From the NCBI RefSeq assembly GCF_030144855.1, contig NC_082713.1, positions 38,068,001-38,132,000 on the forward strand: a DNA stretch of 64,000 nt. Reading direction: 5' to 3'. Below the pieces are notes generated by a model. The model had not been told where the DNA came from. It searched no databases and saw nothing but the letters and a program-made list of their open reading frames with translations. This document shows, piece after piece, positions 39,561 through 52,054 of this stretch (the stretch's first letter is position 1; the number at the start of each line of letters is the position of its first letter). A program made the position numbers and the translations under genes. Source of the DNA: Hypanus sabinus (taxonomy: Eukaryota).

Positions 39561-39984
39561 CAGAAGTGTTTCTGATACTTTACCTCTAAATTTAATCAGC
39601 TGTCAATAGGGTCAAGCACCTAGTTCAAAAGGCTTAAATATTTGCTTCTGTGTCCTGGCAGCCAATAATAGACATGACCATGAGATCTATTCTCGTTGAA
39701 AATCCACAACTAAGCTGACCTGACATTAATCATACTTGTTCTGGCGATCACCATTCCATAATGATGAGTCATAAAATGATGTTCTATTTAATAACTCTCA
39801 ACATTACAGAGCAGCAATGCTGATAACATTTTTTTCTGATAATGATGATAAACTGAAAACTCGTACATTTCAAGCTCCCAGCATCAGCATTCCAAGTCAC
39901 TTATGTATTCGATGCAAAATAAAGTTCATTCTAAACCAGTTTAGTATTGTCCCACAGCCTTGCTTTCAAAGTCAAAGTCAAAAG

Positions 39985-40245
39985 ATAAGACCATAGACCA
40001 TAAGACATAGCAGTAGAATAAAGCCAATCAACAGCCATTCAAGTCTGTTCTGCCATTTGATCATGGCTGATTTATTATTCCATCTCAACACCATTCTCCA
40101 ACCTTGCCTTAACCTTTGACAGCCTTACTAATCAAGATCCAATCAAACTCCACTTTAAATTTACCCAGTGTTCTCCAGAGCAATCTGTGGCAATGAATTC
40201 CACAGGTGCAGCACCCTCTGGCTAAAGAAATGCCTCCATTGTTCC
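39985..40245 (-). mobile_element. CR1 3' end
   Basis: taagaccatagaccataagacatag tail; ctgtggcaatgaattccacagg...ccctctggctaaagaaa. Confidence 0.8.
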
Positions 40246-42270
40246 GCAAGGACAGATTATGAAGATGATGAGCAGAGGTTCTTTTGTTCCATTTCCCACA
40301 TCCCATGAATGATATAACAAATCGAACATTAACATAAGGTAAAAAGTCATCTGTAGGTCCTTGAGAATGAAGAACAGAAATAGGATTTCTGAAAGCGTAC
40401 CTCATTTAAATGCCTCATTATCAATGAACTGGCCTGAAGTATAATGACCAGTAGGGTTCTAGCTTCTATTCTCAGAATGTTTACTTGCTGATAACTGGAG
40501 CAGAAATAAAATTTGTGCATGTCGTACTCTTGCTTGGGTGAAATTGTAACTGCTTGCCAACGCTTATTATGACGTGCACATGAATGGAAAAAGTCCCAGA
40601 AAATAATGAACATCTGTGAAACTCCAGCTATTTATCAACATTTTCAGAAGGAGGTAGAGAAAATAGGTAAGCAAATGGTGAAATAAAAATCATCAAGCTG
40701 GATAAGATAATCACCACCTTTGTGCATGATAAGGTCCAATACCTATTAGTGGCACATCTATTAATAAACAATTGACAAGTTTTTTTTACTAATTGTATAA
40801 TGGCTCTGAATCTTCCGACCATCTGGGACTGTCAGCCTGATTTATAAGAATGCTGGAATGTTTCTAATAATATCTCAATCCCTGGGATGACTGCCAAACT
40901 TGTTATTCCTACTTCAGTAAAACTGAGTGGCAATGAAACTTGACATTTTATTCACCTGTAACTTTATGGGCAGTGACACAAGGCCTTTTGAGGACCAGTA
41001 GCCCATGATAAAAAAAATCTTTGCATTAAAGGGAAAAAAACCCACAATAATACTTCTAAACAAAAATAGCATTATAATTTAGCCCTCATTCAATTTTTCT
41101 GAAGAAGGCAAATAATGAAATATTAAAATTTAAGAACCACTCTTGGGGCTGGAACCACAGCCCAGGACATAGCACCCACACTGGGACCTATTTGTGGTAC
41201 CTGCTGAAGTGCCAGTTTCCAGCCGTGGAGTTAGACTGACCGCAGCAGCTTCTGCCCTGTTGTAGCATTGACTGCAGGTGAACCTATTACACAGCAGCCC
41301 AAGAAGACTGAGACACTGACACTAAAAGGAAAGTTTATCATTTTTTAAGTTAGTTTTAAGGGGTTTCTTTGGGCGTATGAGTATATGTTAAAGATAAACA
41401 CATCTAAAATATTCTTGTGGCAATATTATTAATCAGTTCCAAAGTTTTCTGAATCACATGGATACCTTTGACATCTAGTGAGCTTGGGGTAGAATCTCGC
41501 AAGCATTCTGCAGAGGCAGCCCTGCGCAATCGTCAAAGCAGAACAAATCTTTCTATCCTCAAACACTGGATACACAGTACATTTGACACTGAGTTGAATG
41601 GATGATAACATTTAGAGAAATCAAGGAGTTATAAAGTTCAGTGGATGAGTGGTTTCAGAATTGCTTCAATCTTTTGGAATGATGAAGCAGCATCAAAGAG
41701 CAGTATGGCCTACTTCAGCTAATTCTTACAGTCTCAATTCCTTCAGACCACTAGGATGACTGGTTAAATTGGGACTAGCTGGTAGTGCCATGATTGGCAT
41801 GGATTCACTAGGCTGAAGGCCCCAGATCTATCCTGTATTTCTCTGTGACTGCTTAATTTAAGATTAAAATATAGTGAAATTTGGGAAGATTTTAAACATT
41901 TTAAACTCTCATTAAATTTTCAAAATCCAGTGAAATTGTGTTTTCGATAGATGTACGACTTTACTGCAAGATACTATCATGGTGGGGGAAGTTAAAAAAA
42001 GACAAATAAGAAATTGTGATGAAAAGGAAAAGAAGAGAATTAATTTTACTCATTGGTACAGATTCTGAGACAAGTAGGCATTTATTATTTTGGGAATATT
42101 TGTGAAATGACAAGACAACAAGAAATGATACATCCAAAAAGCACAAGACAGTGTCCCAGTGCACAAGGGTTCCCAAAAAAGAACGGTAGGAAAAGGATTT
42201 TTGTCAGTGAAAGAGAAAGCATGTACTTCAATAATCTGAATAAGGGGAACCAAAAGATGCATGTTGAACA

Positions 42271-42493
42271 TACACAAGATATTGGAGGAACTCAACAGGC
42301 CAGGGTGCATCCATAGAGAAGAATAAAGAGTTGACGCTTCTGGCCAAGACCCTTTATCAGTCCAGATGAAGGTTCTCAGCCCAAAGCATCGATTCATTAT
42401 TTGTCTCCACAGACGCTGCCCACCCTGCTAAGTTACTCCGAAATTTTGCGTGTATTACTCTGAATTCCCAGCATTTGCAGATCTGGTGTGTGA
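42271..42493. mobile_element. Hairpin Penelope-terminus mini-element with two inverted degenerate hammerheads
   Basis: Arms are reverse complements centred on about 42360; candidate TSD TTGAACA at 42264-42270 and 42494-42500. Confidence 0.75.
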
Positions 42494-42813
42494 TTGAACA
42501 GATGTTTTCTATGGATTTTTGTCATGTGATTGAAAAAGTTCTTGTGTTTGGGGAAGCTTATAAAGACAGATAAAGTTATAGAAAGTAAATGTCTTAAAAA
42601 TGTGGGCTATCATTATAATTACAACTCTGACATTCAAAATACATGCACTTTCTTATATTGTAATGTTAAAAACCTGTACTTTGTGGTTGTAATATTTAAA
42701 TATAAATTACTTAAGGGTAATATTATATCAAAATAAAATACTGTGATAGAGCACTAACCCAAACTTTAGAATGGAACCTAACACAAGAATAATAACATTG
42801 ACGTTGCAAGTCA

Positions 42814-42969
<156 letters not shown>

Positions 42970-45829
42970 TTAAAAATAAAAGGAATGGATAACTCTTGTA
43001 GAAACAAAATGACTAAAGAATCAGATGGAAAGTGCAGAGGTTGGAGACATTATTCTTAACTAGCATGAATGACCGGAAGGGGTGTGCAAACCACAGAGAG
43101 GGAGTTCAGTCAAAGACTGAATTGAAGCCTAGAGTATTTTTGATTATGAGGCAAATGGCTGAGATGTGAGGAGGCCCGGACAGCAATCAGAAGCCAGGCC
43201 TGGAGTAATGGTGGCAACTGCAATCAGAATCAGAAGCTGGGGAGTAAGGGCTGGTTGTGATACAGGAGTCAGTAATCAAGTAGGTGACTATGGCACATCA
43301 GCAGATAGTGAGATCTCAGCTTCTGTGTCGGGGGCATCTTGAGTTGCTGGGTTGGAGGGAAATCTGTGGTGGATATCAGGGTGTAGGTGATCAGGAGATC
43401 AATACATGCGTTGGTTTGAGGAATATGTGGGAGAGGGTGCCAATGGTGGTGGTGGGTGTCCTGACCATTGATGAGAGAGCTCCAAGGAATACAACCTAGT
43501 TGTGTAGGGATTTACAGCAACAGTCACTGCAGTCTAATATTCCCCAAAATACTCCAAAAGCAGCATAATGCAATTTTGGAAATCATTCAGATGCACAAGC
43601 CAGCTTGAAAAAGGGCACCATCGAGTATCCAGACCAAAGAATACCAATGTGTAAATGATTGTTAGTATGTTTCAGTCCTCAGTGAATACATTTTCCATTA
43701 CATTACACTGAAATAAACAATGCTGTATGATCTGTGTTCAACACAAGCTGAAAGAATTCTTCGAAAGAAACAAAGCTTTCGGATCTGGGATCAAGTTTTA
43801 AATAAATCCAGTTTGGACTGATGAGAGACAGTAGCCTATGTCTTAAGACTATAATAGTCTTGCATGGAATAATTTTGTAATTTCATTATAATTCACATTA
43901 GATAAGAGGTCATCTCACAAAGTTCTGTTTGTTTGGTAACCTCTAAATCAATACAGAGTAAAAGATTACCTCTTCTTCTGAGGCTCAGTGAAGCAGATAT
44001 AATCTTATTGGGTTTATATTATGCATTATAAGAGGTGAAATTGGGGCTGCTTTACTTGAAATGAGCTGAGTTAGGATTGCCGATAACAATGATTATTTCA
44101 GCTAACATTCTTCACCTGATGTGACAAGCACAGAATTAACATCAAAATATTGTTTCTAAGAAAGATCCTTCATTGTTCTTAAAAGAAATTTTAAGTTGCC
44201 ATCTAACATACTGCGATTTAGAACAGAAGACGTTTTTGAAAGTCTGTGTGGGTGAACAGTAGAAACAAAGATGTTGAGAAGCACGTCTGATTACAGAGAA
44301 GGAATGATGTTCGGCACTGCCTCAAGATTATTTTCATCTTCCTAATTGAAATACCAACTCAGACAAAAAAAATCACCAAGAATTTAACAAGAATGATTCT
44401 GAATGAGAAAATGTCCTTCAGGGAATATAAACTTCATGAAAAAATAATACCAAAGATTTAGGTACCGTAATGTGATTCATCTCTCAATTCCATCACTTTC
44501 TGTTAATTAATGATACATGTGGTTTTCTAAAATGCCTTTTCAGGACTTTTAGTACCGGTATTTAATTCACAGAAATCATGCAGAGCATCAAACAAGAATT
44601 TCATTCTACCATGTCACATAGGGATAGTGTGAAATCATTTCCTTTGTTTTACATGTAACTAATTCTTAGTTTTACTTGTCCTGTTAAAACGAACTGGTGA
44701 TCTTCTTGACTGGTTCATCCCGCATGCAACCTGTCCAGTACTGTATTAAACTACATACCAGATTAGGATTATTCAATGTTCAATTTAGAATGTGCAGCAC
44801 TAGCTGTTATTTTCATTATGTCCCAAAATTGTCCTTACAATTCTTGAGTTATTAAGGGAAAGAATAAAACAGAACCCATTTCATTCATCACTATCCATTG
44901 AATAACTGGACAGTAGTTGAGTTCTAACAGCATTGGTGCCTTTAAATTGACCTTGACATTGGGTGAACAGTGAGAGCACAGAGAAAATCATCAGTAATGT
45001 GGAAGGGGTATGTCACTTCCTAAACCACCTATCTATCCACCTCAGCAAGCACCTCTTGCTCTATCTACAACAGGGTCTGCAGGTCCAACACTGCCCTCAT
45101 CAGCAGTCTCAAAATCCACAGATTCAGAGTGGAAGCAAGTCAGCCTGGATCCTGAAGGGTTGCCTCAGAATGTGAACCCTTCCAAGAATGAAACAAATCT
45201 GATGACATTTCTGCCACTTTGCAAGATGAGATATTGCTGCAACCAGCTATCAAACCTGATCAGCACAACTCAGGCAATCACTGATAAAGATCCTGCACTT
45301 TCTTGCACTGCTGAAATCCTTTAAAAAGTAAATTTGCTTTCTAAATGCACTTCAGGCTTATCAATTGTGGGGAAATGGAAAATTTCCATCTCATTTTAGT
45401 TCTTTTTAACTTGGCTTTCTCTAAAGGATGCACCTTAGAAGGAACATAAAAAATCTAATTCTAGTTTGAGTTACACTATTCATTATTTACTATATCATTA
45501 AGGACCTAATGCCTAATCCATGGTTTCTAGGTAAGAGGATATGCATAAGGAGAAAGAGATGGGGTTGATGATCAGACCTTAAAGACAAGAATGTGGTGCA
45601 TAACATGGGATAAATTTAAGAACCTAGGAAAACAGAACAAGTACTGAATGAGAGCAACAAACAGAAATTATGAAAAACAAATAAAATGAAGGGAAACCAG
45701 GGATACATAAAAATAAGAACTAAAGAGGTAAAACTAACATACAGAAACAGAAAGAAGGAAAATGACACAATAAAGGAAACAGCAAATAAGTAAAAGTTAG
45801 GAAAGATGAAGAAAAAGGTGCAAAAATAT

Positions 45830-46120
45830 GATAGATACATTACTGATCCCAAAGGAAGTTACTGTGTCACAGTAGCATTACAAGTGCACAGATATACAAA
45901 TAATAGAAGAAAAGTAGAAAGAATAAAAATTAAGTTGCCTCAAACAGTCTAACAGCAGAGGGTCTCCACTTCCCCGGCTAAAGGTTGACTCGTTATAGAA
46001 CCTAATGGCCGAGGGTAGGAATGGCCTCATATAGTGCTCTTTGGAGCAGTGCAGCTGACTTAGTCTATTACTAAAAGTGCTCCTCTGTTTAGCCAAGGTT
46101 GTATGCAGAAGGTGAGAAAG
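45830..46120 (-). mobile_element. Rex1/Babar-type LINE 3' end
   Basis: ORF 45878..46096 RSTFSNRLSQLHCSKEHYMRPFLPSAIRFYN; ends cctttgggatcagtaatgtatctatc. Confidence 0.8.
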
Positions 46121-46867
46121 GGGTAAGCATTACAGAAAAAAAAACAAGCATACAATAGCTTTAAATGAAATCCATATCATCTCCAATATCTGTTTATGGA
46201 CATTAATATGATTAATATCCTTTCTTGCTTCTGAGGAAAGATTGGTGAACCACACAAACAAAAATGCCAACTGCTCATTTTCTCCAGCTTGATGTTTCAT
46301 GTTATGAACCTTGTCCAGATTGCTGAGGAGCAGAAACTTGTGGATTCTACAGTCTACCTAATTTTAAATTGACATTTGCGCACATGTAGAACATTACATT
46401 GACTTCCCATTAATGAGCACTAACATGACATGAGGTGCTTCCTTCCAAACTCAAAATAAAGAACAAAGCATCAAATGTTTATCAGTAACCCTTTTTTGAA
46501 TACATTGGAAACTGGGAGAATTAGGGGCAACATTACTCACTGAGCTGCAAAAGCCTCAAGCATTTCTTGAGGTAAGCCATGGTAACTTAAAGGTTCAATA
46601 TACAACTCTGAGATTCATCTTCTCCAGATAGCCATAAAATACAGAAAAGCTTAGAAGAAAGCACAAATTCTATCAAGTAGTTCAGGAGACAAAATCATTT
46701 TGGAAGTGGCATGCATTTGGATATTTGAAAAGTAGTCTCCACATCATTCATTGTATCTCTTATGCTGTGTTAGTATTTTCAGACATTAAAGTGCTATATA
46801 TCTTCTTCAATTTCCTTCTTAAAGCTTCAAGTCTTGTTGGACTGAGGTGCAATTGCCACTCCAACCT

Positions 46868-47548
46868 TTCTTTTTATTAAGTTTCCAATTAACAAACATA
46901 TCAATATTGATACTGATACATAGAGATTGGGAATACATTAATAACGGTTAATATGTAAAAACATATTTCAAATAGCAAATGGAGACTAACCTCCCAACCG
47001 CTTAGTAATTAAGCATGAAAAAGATAATTATAAAAAGAAAAGAAAAAAAACACCAAACTCAAAAAAAACTAAACTAAAAAAAAACGATTGGGCTGCCATT
47101 TTTCGTCGGTTAAATTTATAATTTGTCGTTAACTCCGCTCCTCTATACATAAAAAAATTACTGAGAAAAGGATTCAGAAAGGGTCAACTTATATCATATG
47201 AAAACATTGAATAAATGGCTTCCAAGTTTCTTCAAGTTTAACTGAGGGGTCCACAGTACTGCTCCTAATTTTTTCCAAATTTAGACATGCGACCGGTTGG
47301 GAAAACCATTGAAATGTGGTAGGTGGGTTGGAATCTTTCCATTTAAATAAAATGGATCTTCTGGCTGTTAATGTCACGAAAGCAATTAAACGACAAGCTG
47401 ATGAGGATAAATGACTAGAGTCTATCACTGGTAGTCCAAAGATTGCAGTAACAGGATGAGGTTGTAAATCAACACCCAGAACATATGTTCTGGTCTTGCC
47501 CTCTGTTGGGAAAATATTGGAATGATATTTTTGATATTTCAGTAGCTC
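46868..47548 (-). mobile_element. 5'-truncated L1 with 5' inversion and 14-bp TSD
   Basis: TSD TGCCACTCCAACCT at 46854-46867 and 47549-47562. Minus-strand ORF2 C-terminus LGVDLQPHPVTAIFG...ARRSILFKWK...LNLEKIR...WKPF; AATAAA plus A-rich tail at the left end. 47482-47548 encodes HMFWSCPLLGKYWNDIFDISV on the opposite strand. Confidence 0.92.
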
Positions 47549-47667
47549 TGCCACTCCAACCTGAAGCACCTTTTTTAGATCACATGGTTACTAAAGCAAG
47601 AAATTGGTCAGTGCAATACTAACAAACCAATGGTATTGTATATAAAGCATTTGCCTTTCAGTTCTTA

Positions 47668-47901
<234 letters not shown>

Positions 47902-48149
47902 CTAGAAATAAATATAACAAATATGTATGAGAAGTGCATAAAAAGGCTAATGATTAGGTTTGTGAGCTGACAGAATAATATTTTAGAAGTAGGCAGCACA
48001 GATAACAGGGATGTGAACATAATAATTCAAACAGTATATTGTAATTCATTCTTTGTGTCTAATCTGTAGCCTGCAGCAGCAAAATTTAATGTATCCATCT
48101 ACCACTCCTTTGGATGAGATGGTGTTAACCAAGGCTCACAGTTGCATTC

Positions 48150-48780
48150 TTGCTACAAACAAAATGTACATTCAAGCTCTTCTCCAGAGGGCTGAGCATA
48201 AAAATCCAGACCAACACATCACACTCCTAAATGTAAAACTACTGCATTTCAGAGGTGTAGTCTCTTCACTGAGATGTTAAGCCAGGGCTCTCTTAATGTA
48301 GATGTAAAGGTGCCAAGGCACAAAGTTCTTGTCCTCCCAATACTAATTTTATAATTGCTATCACTACACAAAATGGTGGAGTCATTATTTATTAATTGAG
48401 ATACAGCAATGAAAAGGTCCTTTGAGCTACACCTCTTCCAATTTAATCCTAACCTAATCACAGGAAAATTTGCTGCATTTGTGGCTTATGGGAGAAAACC
48501 AGAGCACCCACACAAACCCATGAGGTCAAGGAGAGAACATACAAACTCCTTAGACAGTGGTGGGAATTGAACCTGGGATCACTGGTATAGTAAAGGGTTG
48601 AGCTAACCACTATGCCACCGTGCCACCTTTCTGTTTACCCAGCTCTTTTTGGGACATTGCTATGTGCAAATTGGTGCCCAAGTTTCCTAATGCTTAACAG
48701 TGATTAAATGTCCAATAACTTAATGGGTATAAAGTTTTTACAATAAATTGTGAACAATTCTATTTAAATGTTATTCTCTT
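48150..48780 (+). mobile_element. Ancient Deu-domain SINE (SacSINE1/AmnSINE1-like) interrupted by a V-SINE
   Basis: cagaggtgtagtctcttcactgagatgttaagccaggg...gatgtaaagg; after the insert ttgctatgtgcaaattgg...tttccta...acagtga. Confidence 0.6.
48385..48627 (-). mobile_element. tRNA-derived V-domain SINE (HE1-like)
   Basis: Reverse complement: GGTGGCACGG TGGCATAGTGG (A box)...GGTTCAATTCC (B box), then V core ggagtttgtatgttctc...gggtgctctggttttctccca. Confidence 0.85.
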
Positions 48781-49224
48781 GCGCAGTGAATATAGGCACC
48801 AGTGATCTGCCCAACAACTTAGCAACAAATTGCATGCAAGTACAACTTTCCTGCCTGCTGAAATCTTCATCTGTATCTCAAGTGCCTCCAGAAACTCAAT
48901 CCCCTGCTGCTAACATGCACCAATTCATTCATCACTCATTGTTCAGTTTCTTGTAAAGCATCATCTCCGTTTTCATATTCTCATCTACATTTATAATTCC
49001 TATCCTGCTATATCCAATCCTTTCTTGATGAACTCCACCTCCACAACCTCCAAGATATCCATTCAAGCTGTCATTCTTCATCAATACTGGCCTCTTGAGG
49101 ACTTCAGATTCTAACTGAGCCGCGATTTCAACAACGAGGCCAAAGTCTCTGAAAGTATCTCCCTAAAACTTTCAATTTCTCTTTCCTTCTTGATGTTTTT
49201 TTAAAATCTTCTTCTTTAATCACA

Positions 49225-49457
49225 TCAACACACACAAAATGCTGGAGGAACTCAGCAGGCCAGCCAGCATCTATGGAAAAGAGGATAGTCGACGTTTCAG
49301 GCTGAAAAATTTCATCAGGGTTCATCCTGTCCTGATGGATGGTCTCGGCCTGAAACAATGACTATACTCTTTGCCATAGATGCTGCCTGGCCTGCTGAGT
49401 TCCTCCAGCATTTTGTGTGTGTTACTTGGATTTCCAGCATCTGCAGATTTTTATTTG
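49225..49457. mobile_element. Hairpin Penelope-terminus mini-element, 233 bp, 12-bp TSD
   Basis: TSD TCTTTAATCACA at 49213-49224 and 49458-49469; ~95-bp inverted arms (acacacaaaatgctggaggaactcagcaggccag / ctggcctgctgagttcctccagcattttgtgtgt). Confidence 0.9.
49287..49322 (-). ncRNA. Minimal type I hammerhead ribozyme motif: core intact, stems I and II decayed
   Basis: Reverse complement AACC CTGATGA AATTTTTCAGCCT GAAA C GTC GACT; on the strand transcribed as ARHGEF9 pre-mRNA. Confidence 0.55.
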
Positions 49458-50230
49458 TCTTTAATCACACCTTGTGTTTTAAGCACCTGTGGCAGTCTCC
49501 TCCGCAGTGCACCATGGGAGATTTTACAACATCAAACTGCTAATCAAATATTATTTCTGTTGCTGACAGTGGTTGTTAGACATTTGGTAGATTTTCCATT
49601 TTTTACCTAGTTAAATCTAATCATCCAGTGGGATATGTATGTAAAGGACTATTGTAACAATCCTCATTTAATACTCTATGAATTTTAATTCATGAACAAT
49701 GAACCAAACTTACTTCTTTCCAGACATTCAGCCCTTTCATTTAATGTTCAAGTGTATTTGCAATGCACACTCATTTACACAAAAAAGTAAGAACATTTCC
49801 CTCTGCAGTGAGCTTTAATCTATAACTTCTACTTACCAGAATATTAATAAAAAGATTGGACAAAGTTTTTGGATGGTACAAGAATAATTAGACTTATCAG
49901 GAGTATTTTTAAACAGTTTGAACATTGAAGGCTTTACTGGTTTTGAGTAAGAAATGTGATTAAAGTGAGAATATATTTAAAAAGGAAGAATATAAAGCAA
50001 TCAATGGCTTTTGTATTTTTTTTACTTTGTTTTTCTTTTTTTGTTATAACTGTGTTTGTTATGTTAATAGAACTAAACAAAATGAAATAATGAAATGCAA
50101 TATTTCTAATGAATTTGAGATTGCATTGTCCACAAGTTAATTAAAACCAGTTAATGGGGTTAATATTTTCATTAAAGTAGCAGCCAGAAACATTTTATGC
50201 AATAATGCTAATATAAACAAAATTACGTTA

Positions 50231-50506
<276 letters not shown>

Positions 50507-51079
50507 CTATAAGAAAAAAATAACAATTATATGTTTGTGGCAAACTTGGTTTGCATACAGTAGCAAGTTAATTCAAGGTAATGATCAATTAAAAATAAGT
50601 TAGTCAGTCTCTACTAAACCAATTCTTCAGATCTCCATGTAGTTTTTTTTCCCAAAGAATAATAATGTCTGGATAACATGTACAGCCAAGTCAAAGAATT
50701 GAGTCTCCTGAATTAAGTTCAAATAAATTAACATAATGAAAAATAATTGAACAAAATAATAAATGACCCAAATGTGAACATTTTCAATCGCAGATTTTTA
50801 AAGGGATTAGTTAAGGATATTGTTGCTTTAAATTTGGGCATCTAAAAGACCTCACTATTCAGGCAACTCTTCAACTGCGTTGAAGAATGTCACATGGTTC
50901 ACAACTACATTAAGACAATTGGGATAACAAAGAGTTATTGAATAGTGTAACCACTATTGAAAGGTATTACTAAAATCTCTACCTCAAGAATATTCATTTG
51001 ATCAAATCATTTTCAAAGTGATTTGGCATGAATTATAGAGGGGGGTCATGCCTGATGACCATGACTGAATTTTCCAAAG

Positions 51080-51810
51080 TGTCATAGAATTATTGAGTTA
51101 TGCAGCACAGAAACAGCCTCTCAGCTGATTCCATCCCTCCCGACCTTTTTACCCATTCATACTATTCCCATATTTCCTCAGCATCATATCATTGTGACTT
51201 GCCTATTTAAGTGTCTCTCTAAATGCTTTTTAAACATATTAATTGTATTGAATTCCACCACGTTCTCTTGCAATAGGTTTCAGATATTAACCAATCTCTG
51301 CATATTAAATTCATTCACAAGAACTTCTTTAAATCTCCTTCCTCTTACCTCATAACTCTGCTCGTTTTTTTTCGATACCACTGACATATAACCATATAAC
51401 AATTACAGCATGGAAACAGGCCATCTCGGCCCTTCTAGTCCGTGCCGAACGCTTACTCTCACCTAGTCCCACCAACCTGTGCTCAGCCCATAACCCTCCA
51501 TTCTTTTCCTGTCCATATATCTATCCAATTTTTTTTAAAATTACATGGAAAAAGATTCTATGTAACTACTCTTCGTCTACTTTTCATAATCTAATATACT
51601 ACTATCAAAACACCACACAGCCTCCTTTTTTGCAAGGGAAAAAAAGGTTAGCCTGCCCAATGTTTCCCCATAACTAAAGTCCTCCAATCCAGGCAAAAAC
51701 CTTCTGCCATCTCTCCAGTGCAATCACATCCTTCCTAGAGTGTGGTGACCAAAAACATACATTGTCTTTCAAGTGCAGTCTAATCAATGGTTTCATTAGT
51801 GTGACTATTA
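51080..51810 (-). mobile_element. Old CR1 3' fragment with a nested younger CR1 tail (about 51386-51538)
   Basis: Nested piece: catataaccatataac (GGTTATAT-type repeat tail), ggaaacaggccatctcggcccttctagtccgtgccga. Confidence 0.75.
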
Positions 51811-52054
51811 CTGAATGGGAAAATGCCCATGCATCTCAGTTACATTGATTTGTAAAAAGGCTCTTGACAAAGTCCCTGAGAAGAAGCTATGGTTACAGCT
51901 GAAGCTCAACAAACTGGAAATTAAGGTAACATTGAGCAGCAAAGAAAAAAATTGATGGGGAGCTGCTTGAATTCATAGAGCACAACCAGTTGTTTACTGC
52001 AGAGAATTAGTAAGGATATGGAAGAGCAGATCAAAAGCCAAATATCAAAGACAT

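Noticed and set aside
39755-39860. C/D-box snoRNA (ATGATGA...CTGA)
   Set aside because: No terminal stem or recognisable guide; such motifs are expected by chance in AT-rich DNA.
45600-45830. Hydrophobic ORF 45616..45852 as a membrane peptide
   Set aside because: By-product of an A-rich low-complexity tract.
48570-48627. tRNA gene
   Set aside because: A/B boxes are present but run into a V-SINE core with no complete cloverleaf.
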